A program made the position numbers and the translations under genes. From positions 28,768,001 through 28,832,000 of the forward strand of contig NC_087257.1 of NCBI RefSeq assembly GCF_037042905.1: 64,000 bases of DNA. The letters run 5' to 3'. The notes beneath the pieces are model-generated. The model did not search any database. It saw only the letters and a list, made by a program, of their open reading frames with translations, and had not been told where the DNA came from. This document shows positions 1 to 13,817 of this stretch, one piece after another (within the stretch, counting starts at the first letter, position 1; every line of letters starts with the position of its first letter). This stretch comes from Lytechinus pictus. Taxonomy: Eukaryota.

Positions 1-199
1 CATCTTTTCACTGGTAATTTTTGTTGGGGGAGGAGGGTAAAATGTATGTGCTGTAATAAGTGCTAAATGGTCACGCGAGATCTACTTGTATGGCTAATGT
101 AAGAAAAAAATTGTATAGTATGTACAGTGTATTAACCTGCAACATGCACTGGATTTCAGGTATTTCACAACAGAATGATAACATGTTAATAGGTGTAGA

Positions 200-483
200 G
201 GTGTTGCACAGTGGATAAGTATTCAGACTTTGAACCACAATGTCCGGGGTTCGAATCCCACCGCGAAACTTGCATCATTTGCCACTTGAGGCATTTATCT
301 GCATTTGCCACTCTCCACCCAGGTGTAGTAAATGGGTACCCAGAAGGAATTCCTTGAATGCTCAAGCACCTAATCAGGGTAGCTGTGTTAAAGCTTGGGT
401 AATGTTATGCAGACGGCAGTGCTTAAAAACATTGTATAAAGCACTATAGGCCTACATGTAAATGTTGCATATTAATTATTATT
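200..483 (+). mobile_element. tRNA-derived SINE with Deu/Nin-like core
   Basis: tRNA-like head (CAGTGGATAAG A-box-like; GGTTCGAATCCC B-box), core CCACTCTCCACCCAGGTG...AAATGGGTACC, AT-rich TATT tail. The tail recurs at ~61555-61655. Confidence 0.8.
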
Positions 484-1673
484 AATGATCTAAGTATGCC
501 TGTAATAATAAACTGGAATAAGCACTGTGTCATTATGCAATTGATTATATTTTCTTGTACTTGTTTTGTAAAATATTCTGCAATTCAGCCTTTGGCTGTG
601 AATAAATTTTCAATAAACCATTACCATTACTAATTATTCTATGAGCATGCATCTGTGCTTTATTGATATCTCCTAGAGGCATAGCCGTGGCCAAATGCAC
701 AATTATTTACTATCAACATTTCCCTTTTAATGACAGTAAGATTAATATCTTACTGACCGGGATCTTGTGGAACTGCAGTGCAATCTGCCCCAATTGATGT
801 ACATGTACGTTAGCAGTACATTGATTTTAGACTCGTTGAGCTGACTTAACTAAACTGGCTTGTTTTCAAGTTAATCCCCTACATGAAAGGTGGAGGCACG
901 CACCCTGTAGAACTTTGTGATGACCTTTTAAAGCACCCTTCATTTTTTCGTACTATATTTTTTAGTCATCATTTATGCCCTTTTTTTCCTTGTCAATTTT
1001 TTTCTGTAGACCAAACGCCCAAAATTTTTGAGTAACAACTTTTTTTTTTGCTTGCTTGTCATATATTTGGAACAAAACACAACCCCTTCTAAATATCCTG
1101 GAACCGTGCCTATACTTTATCAAAAGCACTCTACAACATAGCAGCATGAGTACCTTTATTTTATTAGCAGAGTATCTTTTTTTTATACACACATTGCATT
1201 TCAATGAATGAACATCTGGTAGGTCCCCATTTACTCCACCGATGTGGAAAAAATTAAAACCGGTACCTGAAGTATGATTTATAGCCATACCCCTCTGATT
1301 GAGAGACAGGATTCAGAACCACCATGTCATGATGATTCCATGTTTTTTGTTAATGAAAAAGTCTAATTCATACATGGACTGGACATTTCACATCACCCTG
1401 GTATGGTGCCTCTTTCATAAAACTTAAACAAATTTGCAATAACAGTGTAAAGCTACTGAAAACATTCAATTTGATTGGCTGATATTGAACTTGTTAAATA
1501 AGGAGATGATATTATAATTAAAAATAAACAGTCTTTATGAAATGGAACTCTGGACAATATCTTTAGTTTTATATCTTATTAGAAATTTAAAGCCACCATA
1601 TCCTGGTTAGTTTTGCCCTGATGAGTGCTGAAGCACAAGACCAAGTAAAAGGGTTTATTTTCGATTGGTCTAA

Positions 1674-2059
1674 TGTCAATTCCTCCGATTCCCAACTCAC
1701 CTACTATCATTTGGTCTACTATCAGTTCGTCCACTATCTACATGGTCTAATTGCTATTTCGTCCACTTACCACAACCACTTGGTCAAATAGCCATTTAGT
1801 CCAATAGCATTTGGTCTAATTGGACTAAGTGTTAATCAGGCGAAATGAATGAAAATGAAATGGGTATTAGACCAACCGGTTAAAAGACGAAATGGTCATA
1901 GACGAACTGGTGATTAGACAAAGTGATAATTGGACCAAATGGTTATTAGACTGAATTGCTGCTGGACTTAATGTTGATGGACGGATTGGCATTAGACTAA
2001 ATGAAGGTAGACCATGTGATGAGTGGACGAATTGGCAATAGACGAATCGGCAGTTTACC
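1674..2059. repeat. Foldback-type non-autonomous element with ~15-17 bp internal subrepeats
   Basis: Left half has repeated TTGGTCTAA/TTCGTCCA units; right half has the reverse-complement TTAGACCAA/TGGACGAA units. Confidence 0.65.
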
Positions 2060-2162
2060 AAAAATAAGAAATGGTTGATCTGGACTTGTATTGTGCAATT
2101 TTATCTGACATGTAGGAATGAATTTTAATTACTTAGATAATTTTATCTTTGGTCTTTTTTAG

Positions 2163-3404
2163 AACCTTTGAGGCTCTGTTAAACAAGCTGACAGCATCAG
2201 AAGTCAAGACTGTCCATGCCATGTTTGATGCCCATATCAGTGCACAGAAAGGATCAACCTCACCACAGATAATGAACTCACATTCAAGTTCGCCCATTAT
2301 GGTATGTATGAACCATCAGGAAAGCGCAAAGAATTAATAATAATAATAATATGTTCCATTTCTATAGCGCAGATACTATAATTGCATACACTCTACTGCG
2401 CTTGATACTTGGTATCATCTTATTACCCCAGCTGTAGAATTGCAAGAGATTCACTTCAAACTCAAACTAGGATTGCTCTAGATTTGTGTAACTTGTTTAA
2501 TTTATAGCAATCTCAGTATGAGATTAATTTGATAATCAGCCTGTCATAAATGATCTGAAAAAATATTATCATATCAATTTATTGCAACTCTTTGTGTTAA
2601 ATTAAGGGCTAGATAATCTTCATGTAAACATAGTCAAGAACAGGCTAGATAGTAAGATCCACTTGTCACATGATCCAAGATTCAGCATACACATGCCAAA
2701 TGCTTCCCATTAAAGACACAACCAAGACCAAGTTTAATTTTCCAATAGGTTAAGGGTTCGCCTGCCCCCCCCCCCCCCCTTCTTTCACAGTGATAACACT
2801 TGTCTGTAAGAAAATTCTTTGGAGGTCAGAGGTTTATGTACCCCTTCTTTTTTGGTGAATATGAATGTGCCGTTGCATCCAAGATTTAACACCTTATTGA
2901 TAACCTACAAAAATATTGCATATTCAGACATGGATGGATCATGACTGAATCCTCTCCATCGTTTAATGCTAAAGAATAATACTTCTATCTTAGCAGGGGA
3001 AGAGGGTATTGTTCAGATAAGGAGATATTCCAATCTTAATAGTGTCATAGATTAACCAACATCCAAACCTTTCAAACAAATCTCATCTGTTGATCATGTG
3101 ACTGCAGAAGCGACACGAGTTTGAGCTGACCCCGAGGGCGGTGTCCGGTATCGTGGTGGTGATCATCCTCATCTCCCTGAGCATCTTGGTAGCATCATGG
3201 GCCATCTACCAGAAGGTCCAGTCTTGGAGACATCCCAGGAACCACATCCAGTACGCTCCTATCGTCATGCAGGATGATTTCCTGGATGTAGGCAGCCAGG
3301 AGGAGATGGAGACCATTGGTTCTTGGAGCAGGGTAGAGGACCTAGGACCTGACTCGGATACAGAGGCGGGCCGCTGGGGTCGTGGAGAAGGTGGGACAGG
3401 GTGA
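2163..3404 (+). CDS. Last two coding exons of an unidentified single-pass (type I-like) membrane protein; 5' part lies outside the window
   Basis: Exon 2163-2301 (tttttttag|A ACC...ATG|gtatgt) ends in phase 0. Exon 3108-3404 (tgcag|AAG...TGA) continues in frame: ...PIM/KRHEFELTPRAVSGIVVVIILISLSILVASWAIYQKVQSWRHPRNHIQYAPIVMQDDFLD...GTG*. It has a clear TM helix and a cytoplasmic tail with YAPI, then a long AT-rich 3' UTR with AATAAA near 7375/7395. Confidence 0.75.
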
Positions 3405-4150
3405 TGATGAATCCATTCGGATTGATGTCATTTTTTATCCCTTTTTATCTCTTTCTTTTTTTAGCGATTTTGTACTTATTTATTCAAAAATGTTTTTTCT
3501 AAAACATACTGCTTAGCCCTGTGGCATAAGAGATACCATTATTGTTCAATAAAGCAGAGCTGAGGTCTATGGCCAACTATGTACAAAAAGTTACATTGAG
3601 TTATACATGTAAGTTTATACTTCAGCATATCTCTTAATTATCGTTCCTCCCTCCCCCCCAAAAAAATTATATATATATATATATATGTTTGTATATACAT
3701 TTTGCTACACATACATGTACATGGCATGAAAAGTGGAATCCCCCCTCACCCTGACAGTACAATGCCAATGAGATAATTGGCATCTCTGTGAAAGTGCAAT
3801 ATTATTCTTTTTGTTTCAACTATTAATTTAACATTGACACCAATGATGTATACTTTAGCTGTGGAAGTTCTGAGTAATGTAAACATTCTAGCTACATGTA
3901 GGTGGTAGAGTAACTGCCTAGCAAGTAGAAGATGTCATGTTCTGCAAAACGAACTGGTTCCATCAATTTTTATATGACCTATTTTTTGATCGAACATGCC
4001 ATCTCATTACAAGGAGCAAGACAGAAATTACAATATTAAAAATCTCACAAGCAAGCCTCTAACATTCCATTTTATTGTCCATGAAGGAATAATTATACAT
4101 AAGCTCAGAGGAGCTAAGTTATTTGATCCTGACTGCCATTGACAATTGAA

Positions 4151-4328
4151 GGTGTTTTATAAAGCTGGTTCTACGTAACGAGTGACTTAACAAATGACTG
4201 GTGATCCTTTCTTAGGGCTAAAATCAACATCTTTTGAAATTTGGTGTATATCATTTACCACAAAAAAGGATCAATAGTTCTTTTAAGTCGGTTCATAATT
4301 TACAAACAGATTTCTGAAACACACCCAC
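4151..4328. mobile_element. Hairpin MITE, family A (GTGGGTGTTTCATAAAGC termini), degenerate copy
   Basis: Similar to the clean copy at 63178-63348. Confidence 0.7.
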
Positions 4329-6199
4329 CAGGTGATACATTCAAACAGTATAGGACAGGGCGTACATCCGGGCATTTTTAATCTCAAGCCCTAGCAACTG
4401 ACCGGCCGATGAAAACGATGCACTAGCAACCTGTACAGCAGCGGGGTGTTTTGGCATGCCTACAATGCATAATACACAAACATCGCATTCACACTTTGTG
4501 CTGAACGTCATGATAATCGAGTTTACCCATTTCGTTATCTGGAAGTTTACAAATCTTTCTGAAATTTTCAGTGCTGTTTCTTACATTGTGTTTCTTATAC
4601 TTTTTCATCACACTAAGGTCAGTGCTGTCGTCACTCCGCCCCCGCCTATTATGACAGGTTCAATTTTGATTGGTTCTAATGCTTGTTATCTGGTTTGTTC
4701 TGTTTTTAAGGATTGAGCATTCTTTCAATCGCATTTGCTGGGTGCAATTCAAGAGTGTGTTTACTACATTCCTATGTTGTGTAATGTTTTGGTAAATTTG
4801 CTATTGAGAAAAGAAGTTTAATGAAATGGGGCAGGGCCTTAATTCCAGAAGAGTTGAAATTAAAGTAAATGTCTTCAAATGTTATTTCAATTTGAACCAT
4901 TATGCTATTTATGCAATCTGATTGTTAATGAATGTATGCAAGTGATTTTCTGAAATGGAATTTATTCAAAATGTTTCTAATTGCAGCAGTATATATCATA
5001 CTGATAAAAAACCTTTCACACATGTACTTAAGGCACATTATCGTCAGTTTCATTGAAAATGTGATACCGTTTTTAGTGTGTTTAGTATATTCTCAGTGCT
5101 TTTCACAAAGTTTGGGGTCAGCAAATAATACACATTCCATGAACGCTGATGCCCATATGAATTTAAAAGAATTGTTCTATCAGAAATTAAGTATTTTGTT
5201 CCATGGAATATTTTGCAAGAGTTGTGAAATGGGACAGCTTCTAATTGTATGTCATGCAAGATATATGAAATAAAAATAGATTTTTCTACCCCAAATCCAC
5301 CTTCTAAAAAAAAATTCAAATTGTTCTTTGGGCCTGATGTTGCCATCATAAAATTATGAAAAGTGGCCCATGACTGCCACGTAATAAACCATAATAAATT
5401 AAAAGTACAAGGTTTTACAACAAGCTAATTAAATATGTATTAACACTATTTTTTTAAATCCAACTGAATCCAATACAATGGTTTTAATGGCCACAGGTAA
5501 ACAACGAGCTCAAATTCTTTTTCAATCATACTCTAATAGAATGTCGGTATTGATGAAATTTCATTTTTTTTATTGCTTCAAAGTTTTATTTCAGCTATGA
5601 AAATTATCATCAGGCGTTCTTGCCAACACAATATTACATGTATTCGTAATACCTTTGTGGTGACATTGATAGGAAATTTTCTTAAACGTTGAAGAAGTTG
5701 ATAGGTTTGGATGTTGTTTTCCTTCTCAGGTTCAATATATGAACGGAATGCAGTTTTCTAAACCTCCCTACAGTTTCATTTAGAAAAGTATTGATGAATG
5801 TTTTGTACGATATCCTGTTGGCGATTGTATTCCTTTGCAATATGTGCAATTTCAAATGATTTTCCTTGATATATGTACATCCAGGCGTTGTAAATTATTT
5901 AATGGTTTGATATGATATATATGAGGCTGAAGTACTCAATAGCTGGTATTCATAAAAGTGTATTCAATCAATTCATGGCTTAAATCTATGGTCTTTGTAT
6001 CATGGATACAACCAGACACACATGAGGGGAATACTCATGCAGTGTATAGTGTCATGTAACCTATTTTAAAAATATTTCCCTTCATTTTAACACTATGTTA
6101 GTACTTTATTATGGTGCGTTTCAGTTTTAAAAGGTTGAATTGTTCGGACATTCAGTATTTATGAACTAATAGATGTGCAATAGACAGTGGAAACTCAGT

Positions 6200-6495
6200 G
6201 GCCCTATTCTGACGTCTGGTTTAACTTAAGCCATGGTCTAACCCTGTGCTAGAATTATTGGAAGCCAAAAATGTCAAAATCTTGTTGATTTTGTATGTTT
6301 CTTATGTTCAATGTGCTCTTTCATCAATCTATCACTGCAAAGAAAATTTATTTGGTAATTATTCCCAGACAGTTATGGATGATCTGAGTAACGGATGAGC
6401 TGATGAATCGAACTTGTAGCGTGGAAGATTTGTGTCGCAAATGGCTGTCCATCATTAAATCACATATGTTTATACCATTTTAAATATTAGACTGA
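6200..6495. mobile_element. MITE family C, degenerate copy
   Basis: Similar to 41520-41815 and 55023-55333 (CCATGGTCTAAC.CTGTGCTA...GGAAGCCAA). Confidence 0.65.
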
Positions 6496-7571
6496 CTTAT
6501 ATTTTCCTGAAAATTGCTGACCATACAAATGAGCTATCATTTCCTGCATATACTGTACATGCGTGTTTTTTTTTAAACCAGTGGTGAGAAATTACATGTA
6601 TGTTTGCTAGTTAATTGAATAATCATACTTTTCTAGCTCAAACTTTGATGTTTATGAAAAGTACTGTTTTGTATGAAATTCATTTATCTATGTATATAAT
6701 TTTGTAACAGTTGATACCCAGTTGTTTGAATACAATTTAAATGATAAAACATTTATAAAATTTGTAATCAGTCAAAAAAAAGTATTGGTAAATGCGTATA
6801 TATGTATCGTGCAAGAATAAAAATTATTATTCACATGTATTGAGCAATCTTTAGGCCATTTTGATAGTTTATGCTTACTTATTCGGTTCATATAAATTTT
6901 TCTTACAATTTGTGCCAAAAAAGTCGAATTTGTGCATAATTATTAGTTTGTACCTACAGCCCTATATGAGAAACAAGAACGTAAACATGTAGCTGATCTT
7001 ACATGTATGAAGTAAAGACAATTGCATGTCACACAAAATAATTATCCCTGCTGGTTATTCTCTTAGATTTAATTCAGCACTTTTATTTAGTTCTTGCCAG
7101 CATAAAATACTCTTATTTCATTTAAAATACTCTTATTTGACTTTGATTTCTATGATTAGAATATAACGCTCAATAACTTTAAAATTGAGGTCATAGTATT
7201 TGAACATTTACATAAATTATAAATGCATGTCACTGGTATCAATGATAGCCTTGTGTAATATTTGATTGTGTGCTACCAGATGTAATACTGTATATTCAAC
7301 CTGTTCTTCAATGAATCGAATGGAAATGTAATATGTATATAGTTTGTAAGTATTGTACTCCTTTCTATAGAACGAATAAAGACAACTTGCCGTGAATAAA
7401 GTGATATTTACTGTTGATCTGATGATGTACCAATGTTAATGTACCCTTGATATGAGTAACTTTTAACAGAATAATCACATAACTTCAAAAATATTCTGTA
7501 AATTCATCAAATCTTCAGACACATTGTTTGTCAAGAAAGTTTCTCTTATTTTAGTCTGATTATTTGATATC

Positions 7572-8159
7572 CAGGGCCCTGTCTTACAAATATTTGCGAT
7601 TGATCCGATTTGCTATTGATCTGATCAATCACAACTATGGAAAGCCAGCAACACCGACACATAAAATACATGTTCAAAATGTTTCCTAGCAATAATAATA
7701 ACGCAGTTCTTGTATAGCACATATCACATGTCATAACGTCCCTATGCGCTTCCAAAGGACTTGGATATTATTACCCTGGCTTTAGCCCTGCAGCCTTTTA
7801 CAGCGTGGTGGCATTGCAAGGAATAAATTCCTGCCGGGTACCCATTCATCTCACCTGGGTTGAGTGCAGCACAACGTGCATTAACTTCTTGCTGAAGGAA
7901 ATTACGCCATGGCCGGGATTCGAACCCACGACCCTCTGTTTCAAAGTCAGAAGACTAATCCACTGGGCCACAACGCTCCACATATGGAGATATGGTGTGT
8001 GTTCTCACATTTATCATTGTCTTGACAATTTTAGTGTGCTCTCTCTTTGTTTACAAGGGACACTGCAAATTTCAGGTGGGAAAACTTATGGCAATGATGC
8101 ATTTCCATATAGTTGTGATTGATCAAATCAATTGTAACTCTTTGTAAGATGGGACCCTG
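7572..8159. mobile_element. MITE family B (GGCCCYGTCTTACAAAGAGTT termini) interrupted by a SINE
   Basis: Both termini are present. The internal sequence matches 43604-43874 and 52123-52397 on either side of the SINE. Confidence 0.75.
7691..7980 (-). mobile_element. tRNA-derived SINE (TTG anticodon-like loop), Deu/Nin-like core, L2-like tail
   Basis: Minus strand reads TGGAGCGTTGTGGCCCAGTGGATTAG...GGGTTCGAATCCCGGCC...CACTCAACCCAGGTGAGATGAATGGGTACCC...GCTATACAAGAACTGCG(TTA)n. Close sister copy at 61670-61964. Confidence 0.85.
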
Positions 8160-9271
8160 ATGTCCATCATACCATTCCATTCATATAACTATGTTTTAAT
8201 TGTTACATGTATCCATATTGAAAAGACTGATTTTTACGATGTAGAGATTGATTTGACGTTTATTAATAGTGATCACAATCAAATAAAAGAAATTAACAGA
8301 GTACGTGAAAGTTATTGTGAAAAATTATAGAGATTAAGATAAGCCAATGTAGTATATGATAGAAGTGATTGATACATTATGCATGGAAGCTAGGCTATAA
8401 TACATTTATATCTTTAACAGGAATACGTGAAAGATAAATAATCAGCCACAGTACTTATATGTATTTTTTTAAAGTTATGTACACTAAGCATAAACAATTA
8501 TTGCAGATTATCCCAAGGGAGTGGTTGTTCAAATATCACTACTTGTCAAATATTGGTGGTTTCATTGCCCAAAGCACAGATAAAAAACCATGGATGATTA
8601 CGACCACAATATTGAAAATTTATGAACGTACGTTTTGTACTTGTTAGTACACATTATTCGGATAAACACCAATATGCATTTTTATTTATATACTCAAAAA
8701 TAAGAAATAATCCTTAATTAAGTGTAGTTTTCATAACTGCCCGGAAGAATCTTGAGAATTGGAAGGTAATTTTGCAAGGTATCTGTCCAACTCCCGCTAA
8801 TGATTTTTCTGGTGTCCTTTCAAAAAGCCTGCACACTTAAAATGTTGAGCAACATGTACTGTCCACTGTGTTGGGTAATGTATGTTTGTTGGTAATATGG
8901 GCAATTATTATCCAATTGAGCGAATTTATTACCCTATTATTAGTTTTTATTACCCAATTTGGACAGATTATAGTTGTGTGGACAGACTGTTGCCCAGGGC
9001 TTGTTAAAAGTTGGGCATTTTTTGCCCAACTATTTTAAGAGTGTGTGATATGGTTTAACTTTGATGTCTTCAAATCCAAAAGCCTCTAATAGGGGGGTCA
9101 AACCCATCCTTAAAGGGGGTATCTTTCAGAAATCCAGAATACGTAAATGGTCTTGGCATCCGGCTGAGTGAGGGGCGATTATAATATGACCTTTTTAAAA
9201 TTCTTGTATTTTATTCTGTTCGTCAGACTTTCTTTTGAAACGCAAGGGACGCATCAAGCCACGTGACTTGT

Positions 9272-11167
9272 TTATTCGTCGAGAACACCTATAGTAACAT
9301 TATTCAAAAGGAAGTCGTAGACCAGCATATCCCCCGGTTTGACATAGTGGATACTAATGAGTGATTCCGAGCAGCAATATTTCCCCTGTGTAAAAAAAAA
9401 AGGAAAGAAGAATTGCTGCAATAATTAATATATTCCTCTTACCATTTTTATCAATATGAACATGATGAATGTTATGTCCGGTTGTGTTTTTCATCGATCT
9501 TGTTTCACTCATTGGTAGCTTATATAAGAGTAATCTACTCATTAAGTGCTTCTCAACCTCTTACTGTCTCCCTGAGGCCGTCCGCCATTGGACCTGCATA
9601 TTATTTGTTCAGGAGGTGACGGAATACGCGAGGGAGGTAAGCGACCGAGCAGAAACCCTTTATCATGTAATCAACGCTTGTGGTGCAAACTGCGGTTGGA
9701 GAGTTTTTGTGAAATTTTCAAAAAAAGCAGGAAATAATTGAGATAGCAATAACGAGGAGGCTTTGATTGGTAATTATTCGTCCGAACAAAGCAGCAATGA
9801 TGCAACTATACATACCCTTGTGATGCCGTACGTAGACTGACCGTGTAACCATTCAAGAGGCGCTGAACCATCATCCAAGAAATACTTAAGTGCTATCGGC
9901 AGGAAGCGAAACCGTCCAAACTGATCGCGATGATCTTCTGAACGAACCCCAACGCTTTCCATACACAATCCCAAGCACATGTCTTCCGGCCAGTCACTGT
10001 AACCACCTGGACAACACCCTGTCCGATTCTTGAGTCCTACCTCCACAAAGCGCTTGAGTGCCTCTCTGCTGATCACATACCCAGCTCCACCGCTGGGATA
10101 ATCTATCTTCTTCGATTTGGATTTGAGATATGGCAATGTCGTATTAAAATCAAACCCATAATAGACCGGTTCAGCTGGATCTCGGTTGGATAAAAACGCC
10201 ATCAAGTTCTCGACGACAACGTAGGTGTCATCATCGGCTTTGAGAAACCAATCAGCATCGTTGAAATGGTGTTTGTAAATGTACTCTAAGGACTTTCTCG
10301 TCTTGTTCCAGAGGGCAGGTCGCCCATCCGCTACTTCTAGCCCAATGACGGTGCCGGGAAAATTTGTACTATTTCGAGAACTCATGTATAGCGTGTGATG
10401 ACATTTCTTTGACCATGTCCTAGCAATCGTGGAGGCTTTGGTTTCTAACGTCATGGGTGAAGTCATGATCCAGCAAAGCAAGCGGGTTTTATTCAGCCGT
10501 CCCTGTTGTGTCACACCTGGAAGATTATAATTAACCGAGAGCTAAATTAATCTTTGGAAACCGACATCAAGTTATTATAATATAATGTCTCAAACGTATG
10601 AATAACGAAGAGCTTCACAAGATATTTACTGGAAACAGTGAATTTTTCAGCGTCTTGCTTGGTGAATTATACTCTTTCTGTTCAATTGTAATTATTTTCA
10701 GCCCAGGTGCTCCGCCTTAACGACTCCGATTTAATCATACAGGTTATAGGATATATCTTTTAAACCGACCCAGAAGTTGGTTAAAATATGTACCGACTAC
10801 CTGATGGTTAAAAAAGAAAATCCAAATTCATTTACGTGCAACTTTGTTATTAACCATCAGCCAGTCGGATCATAATCTAACAAACTTGTAGGTTGGTTTA
10901 ATAATTCTGCAAAGGCACTCTGTACCTTCTCAAATTCTCGACAGTAACTGTTATTGAGTTCATCACGTCTAGCTTCAATATCATGATTAGAAAGTTTGTC
11001 TTACCTGCCAAAATCTCTCTAGAAATTCCAGTTTCGGTACGTGATTGATGATGTCTTTGATAAATCAACATGTGCTGTGTTATGACGGTCAAAGCACACC
11101 ACATTGATATAGCACCAGAGATGAAAACCAGGATGAACGTGATGAATCTGAACCGTGATGAACCCAT
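9272..11167 (-). CDS. C1GALT1: Glycoprotein-N-acetylgalactosamine 3-beta-galactosyltransferase 1-like (core 1 T-synthase, GT31), 3 coding exons, 325 aa
   Basis: Exons 11167-11005, 10516-9816 and 9385-9272, all GT-AG, phases 1 and 0, total 978 nt. N-terminal type II TM, LLCWIMTSP, TWSKKC, LWNKT, ADWFLKADDDTYVVVENL, SGGAGYVISREAL, EDMCLGLCM. Final exon GKYCCSESLISIHYV matches the C1GALT1 CCSxxxxSFHYV block. May be a paralogue rather than the 1:1 orthologue. Confidence 0.93.
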
Positions 11168-13262
11168 CTCTGCAGGAATACCTTCTGATCAACGTATATA
11201 TAGGAGCTAGAGTGAACAATCCTCTACGAACGATTGCAGAATGATATATGTGTTAGATTGTAAACCAGACAATGCTCTGATACAATTGAAAACTTAATAT
11301 GGCCATGCGTTTTATACTCGCCCTTAAGCATATTTTAGGCCTACTTTTTTTTCGGGGGGGGGGGGGAGTCGTTCGCCGTCACGGTTAAATGGAGATATAT
11401 TGTCATGAAATTGTTTTATTTTGTAAAATGGTGCCTTTTAAAAACCGAATATAGACCATTTTTATGAAAATAATATGAGCGCATTAATTAGCAGGTGATA
11501 TTCACTACGGCGATTGATAGGAATCTTTATTGGTGAGGGTGGTTGAAGTTGGCAAACGGGAGCAGTTTACACAAAATATTGGAGGCTCATGTTCATACGT
11601 TACACATGAATGACTTGGTATTCAGGGGGATAGAGATTTAATTTTGATCTTATAAGAAATAATAACTTATGACCATTCCGAGACCAATATAAGCGCGCTA
11701 TTCGGGCGCTATCATTAGATTTGGATGCCTGTAACACAAATGGGCGAGTTAAAGATGCAGATATAACCACTCGAAACTGGGGCTTCCACGATTGGATATC
11801 TTTGAAGAATGAAAACAATTTTCAAAAAGGACCTTTTTTTTACTAGATGACTGTGTTCCAAGTAGCAGGTACGGTATTCGTACATTGGATTATGTACAGT
11901 TTGATGTCAGTGGCTTCGGTCCAACATGTTACCCATGCTGTGTTAAACACGGTTTTTGCGAATGTACGTGTCTCTCAACGTGATGTCCAACCGAATAGAA
12001 ATACCGCATTCCCTTTTCTTGATTTCATGATATCATCTAGAACTGACATGTATAGAGGCGGCTCTCCTGACCATTTGCAGAGAACATTCCACTGGTGCAT
12101 TCCTTGGTTATAGATTACTATAGTGTCGATTAGTATTGTCACAAAGGATCATAGGATAAACTCCTACAAAGACGTGGAAGGACTTTAAAGACTCCAAGCA
12201 CTCCCTCTCCATCTGTAGTATCCTAAAAAATGTAGAATCGCAGAGAAATTCAGACCAACGGTATCTCTGAAAGTTTAAGGGGACAAAGTTCGAGCAGTTT
12301 GTGTTGAAGGTCGATCAATATCACTCAACAGCTGAGAAGCTAGTTATTTACTCAAAATGGTGACAGATGGTGAACATGGTCAACGTATCTGGAAAAAACT
12401 TTGCTATATTCCGATCGATATCATATGCACTATGAATTTTAATTGTTTGTGATTTCGTTTTTTTAATATTCTTATGTAGTTTGTTTCGGTTCTCTAACTG
12501 GTTGCTTGCTTTCAAGTATTCATGCTTTCTTAGCAATCAGGTAAAAAATCATCACCATCACCATCATGTACACTGTTTAAAATAAAACTGTAAAAAAAAA
12601 CAGTAAATATTACTGGCAGCTAGGACTCCAAAACATCCTGTAAATTTACCATTTTTCTTTGTAAAATTACCAGTATTTTTAACATAGTACAATTTCTGTT
12701 TAAAATCAATGGTTTCGTTTGTGAATATTTTAAATTATAGAAATACAGATGGAGTGAATTGAGAAACGTCTTTCTGTAATACTTGGTAACTAGAGGTACA
12801 CATTCGCGGACTGGGAAATCCCTCAAGTTAATTTGATACCGACATTATTCCACGCCAGGGGTATCTCCCCCTTTCACTCTATCCTTCTTTCTTTCTCCCT
12901 TTTCATACTTTCTGTTCATTCGCCTTGTAGTCGTCTCTTTCGCATATAACATATTGTTGAATCTATGCTGTTTTGTGTCACATGTTCTGAATACATGCAC
13001 TTTGTATAACATATGTATAACGAATTATTTTCAATTGTTCTTTGGGCCTGGTGTTGCCATGGTAAAATGATGAAAGTGGCCCATAATTCCCACATAGTAC
13101 ACCATAATTAAATTAAATAGAAAGTTTTTCATCATGCTATTTAAATACGAATTTAAGTAGCGTGATGATTGCGGAAATGAATGAAAAGTAAAATGGTGGT
13201 CGAAAAGGTTGACGATGGATAGCGCCATGACGAGATGCAAGACGTATTAACTTACTTTAGAA

Positions 13263-13817
13263 CCCGGGGGGGGGGGCCACTTACATTGACGAGTGGATAC
13301 CATGCGCGACCAAAAAAACACGTAAAAAGGATGTCTTTTTCACGATAGGGCACGTTACGTACGTAACGTGATAAGGGTGTCAAAAACGCAATAATAATGA
13401 AAAAAGGGTATCTATTTCGCTAGGACAATTACGTGTTTAGGGTCGAATTTGCGGGGATGATAAAACAAAATTAAAATGTTTTATAAAGGATGTCCTTTTT
13501 TCCCCAACACTTCGTGTTTAGAGTCGGCGATTTGCGCGAGGTGTAGAAGGTGGGGTCGTACTAAACCAAATAAGGTAAAGCCGACGACCGAAGGACCCGT
13601 AACAATAAAACATTCCTGTACTTGTTTAGCGGTTCATTTCAGGGAATATTTGCCATGATCTCGTTTTGTTTCCAATACTTGTTAAGGGTAGGGATTCACA
13701 CGCCAATACTTGTTAAGGGGTGCATTTTCAGATTATGGAAATTACGTGTTTAGGGTGCTTTTTGAGACCCCATGGTCGCGCATGGTATCCACTCGTGAAT
13801 GGAAGTGGCCCCCCGGG
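13263..13817. mobile_element. Non-autonomous DNA transposon with ~45 bp TIRs and an 8-bp TSD
   Basis: CCCGGGG..GCCACTT.CATT.ACGAGTGGATACCATGCGCGACC matches its reverse complement at the right end. Perfect TSD CTTTAGAA at 13255-13262 and 13818-13825. Confidence 0.88.

Noticed and set aside
200-265. tRNA gene (also ~7910-7980, ~40990-41050, ~61895-61964)
   Set aside because: Acceptor stems are degenerate and each runs into a SINE core and tail, so these are SINE heads.
1615-1655. Hammerhead-like CTGATGA-GTGC-tgaa-GCAC
   Set aside because: The required GAAA is AAGA and there is no convincing helix III or cleavage triplet.
5318-5440. Similarity to 13033-13150 as a conserved regulatory element
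   Set aside because: More simply two decayed copies of an interspersed repeat; boundaries not definable.
9558-9593. Alternative last exon of the C1GALT1-like gene (tatgcag|GTC CAA TGG...)
   Set aside because: Stops after 10 codons with no family similarity. The exon at 9385-9272 carries the conserved CCS..HYV block.
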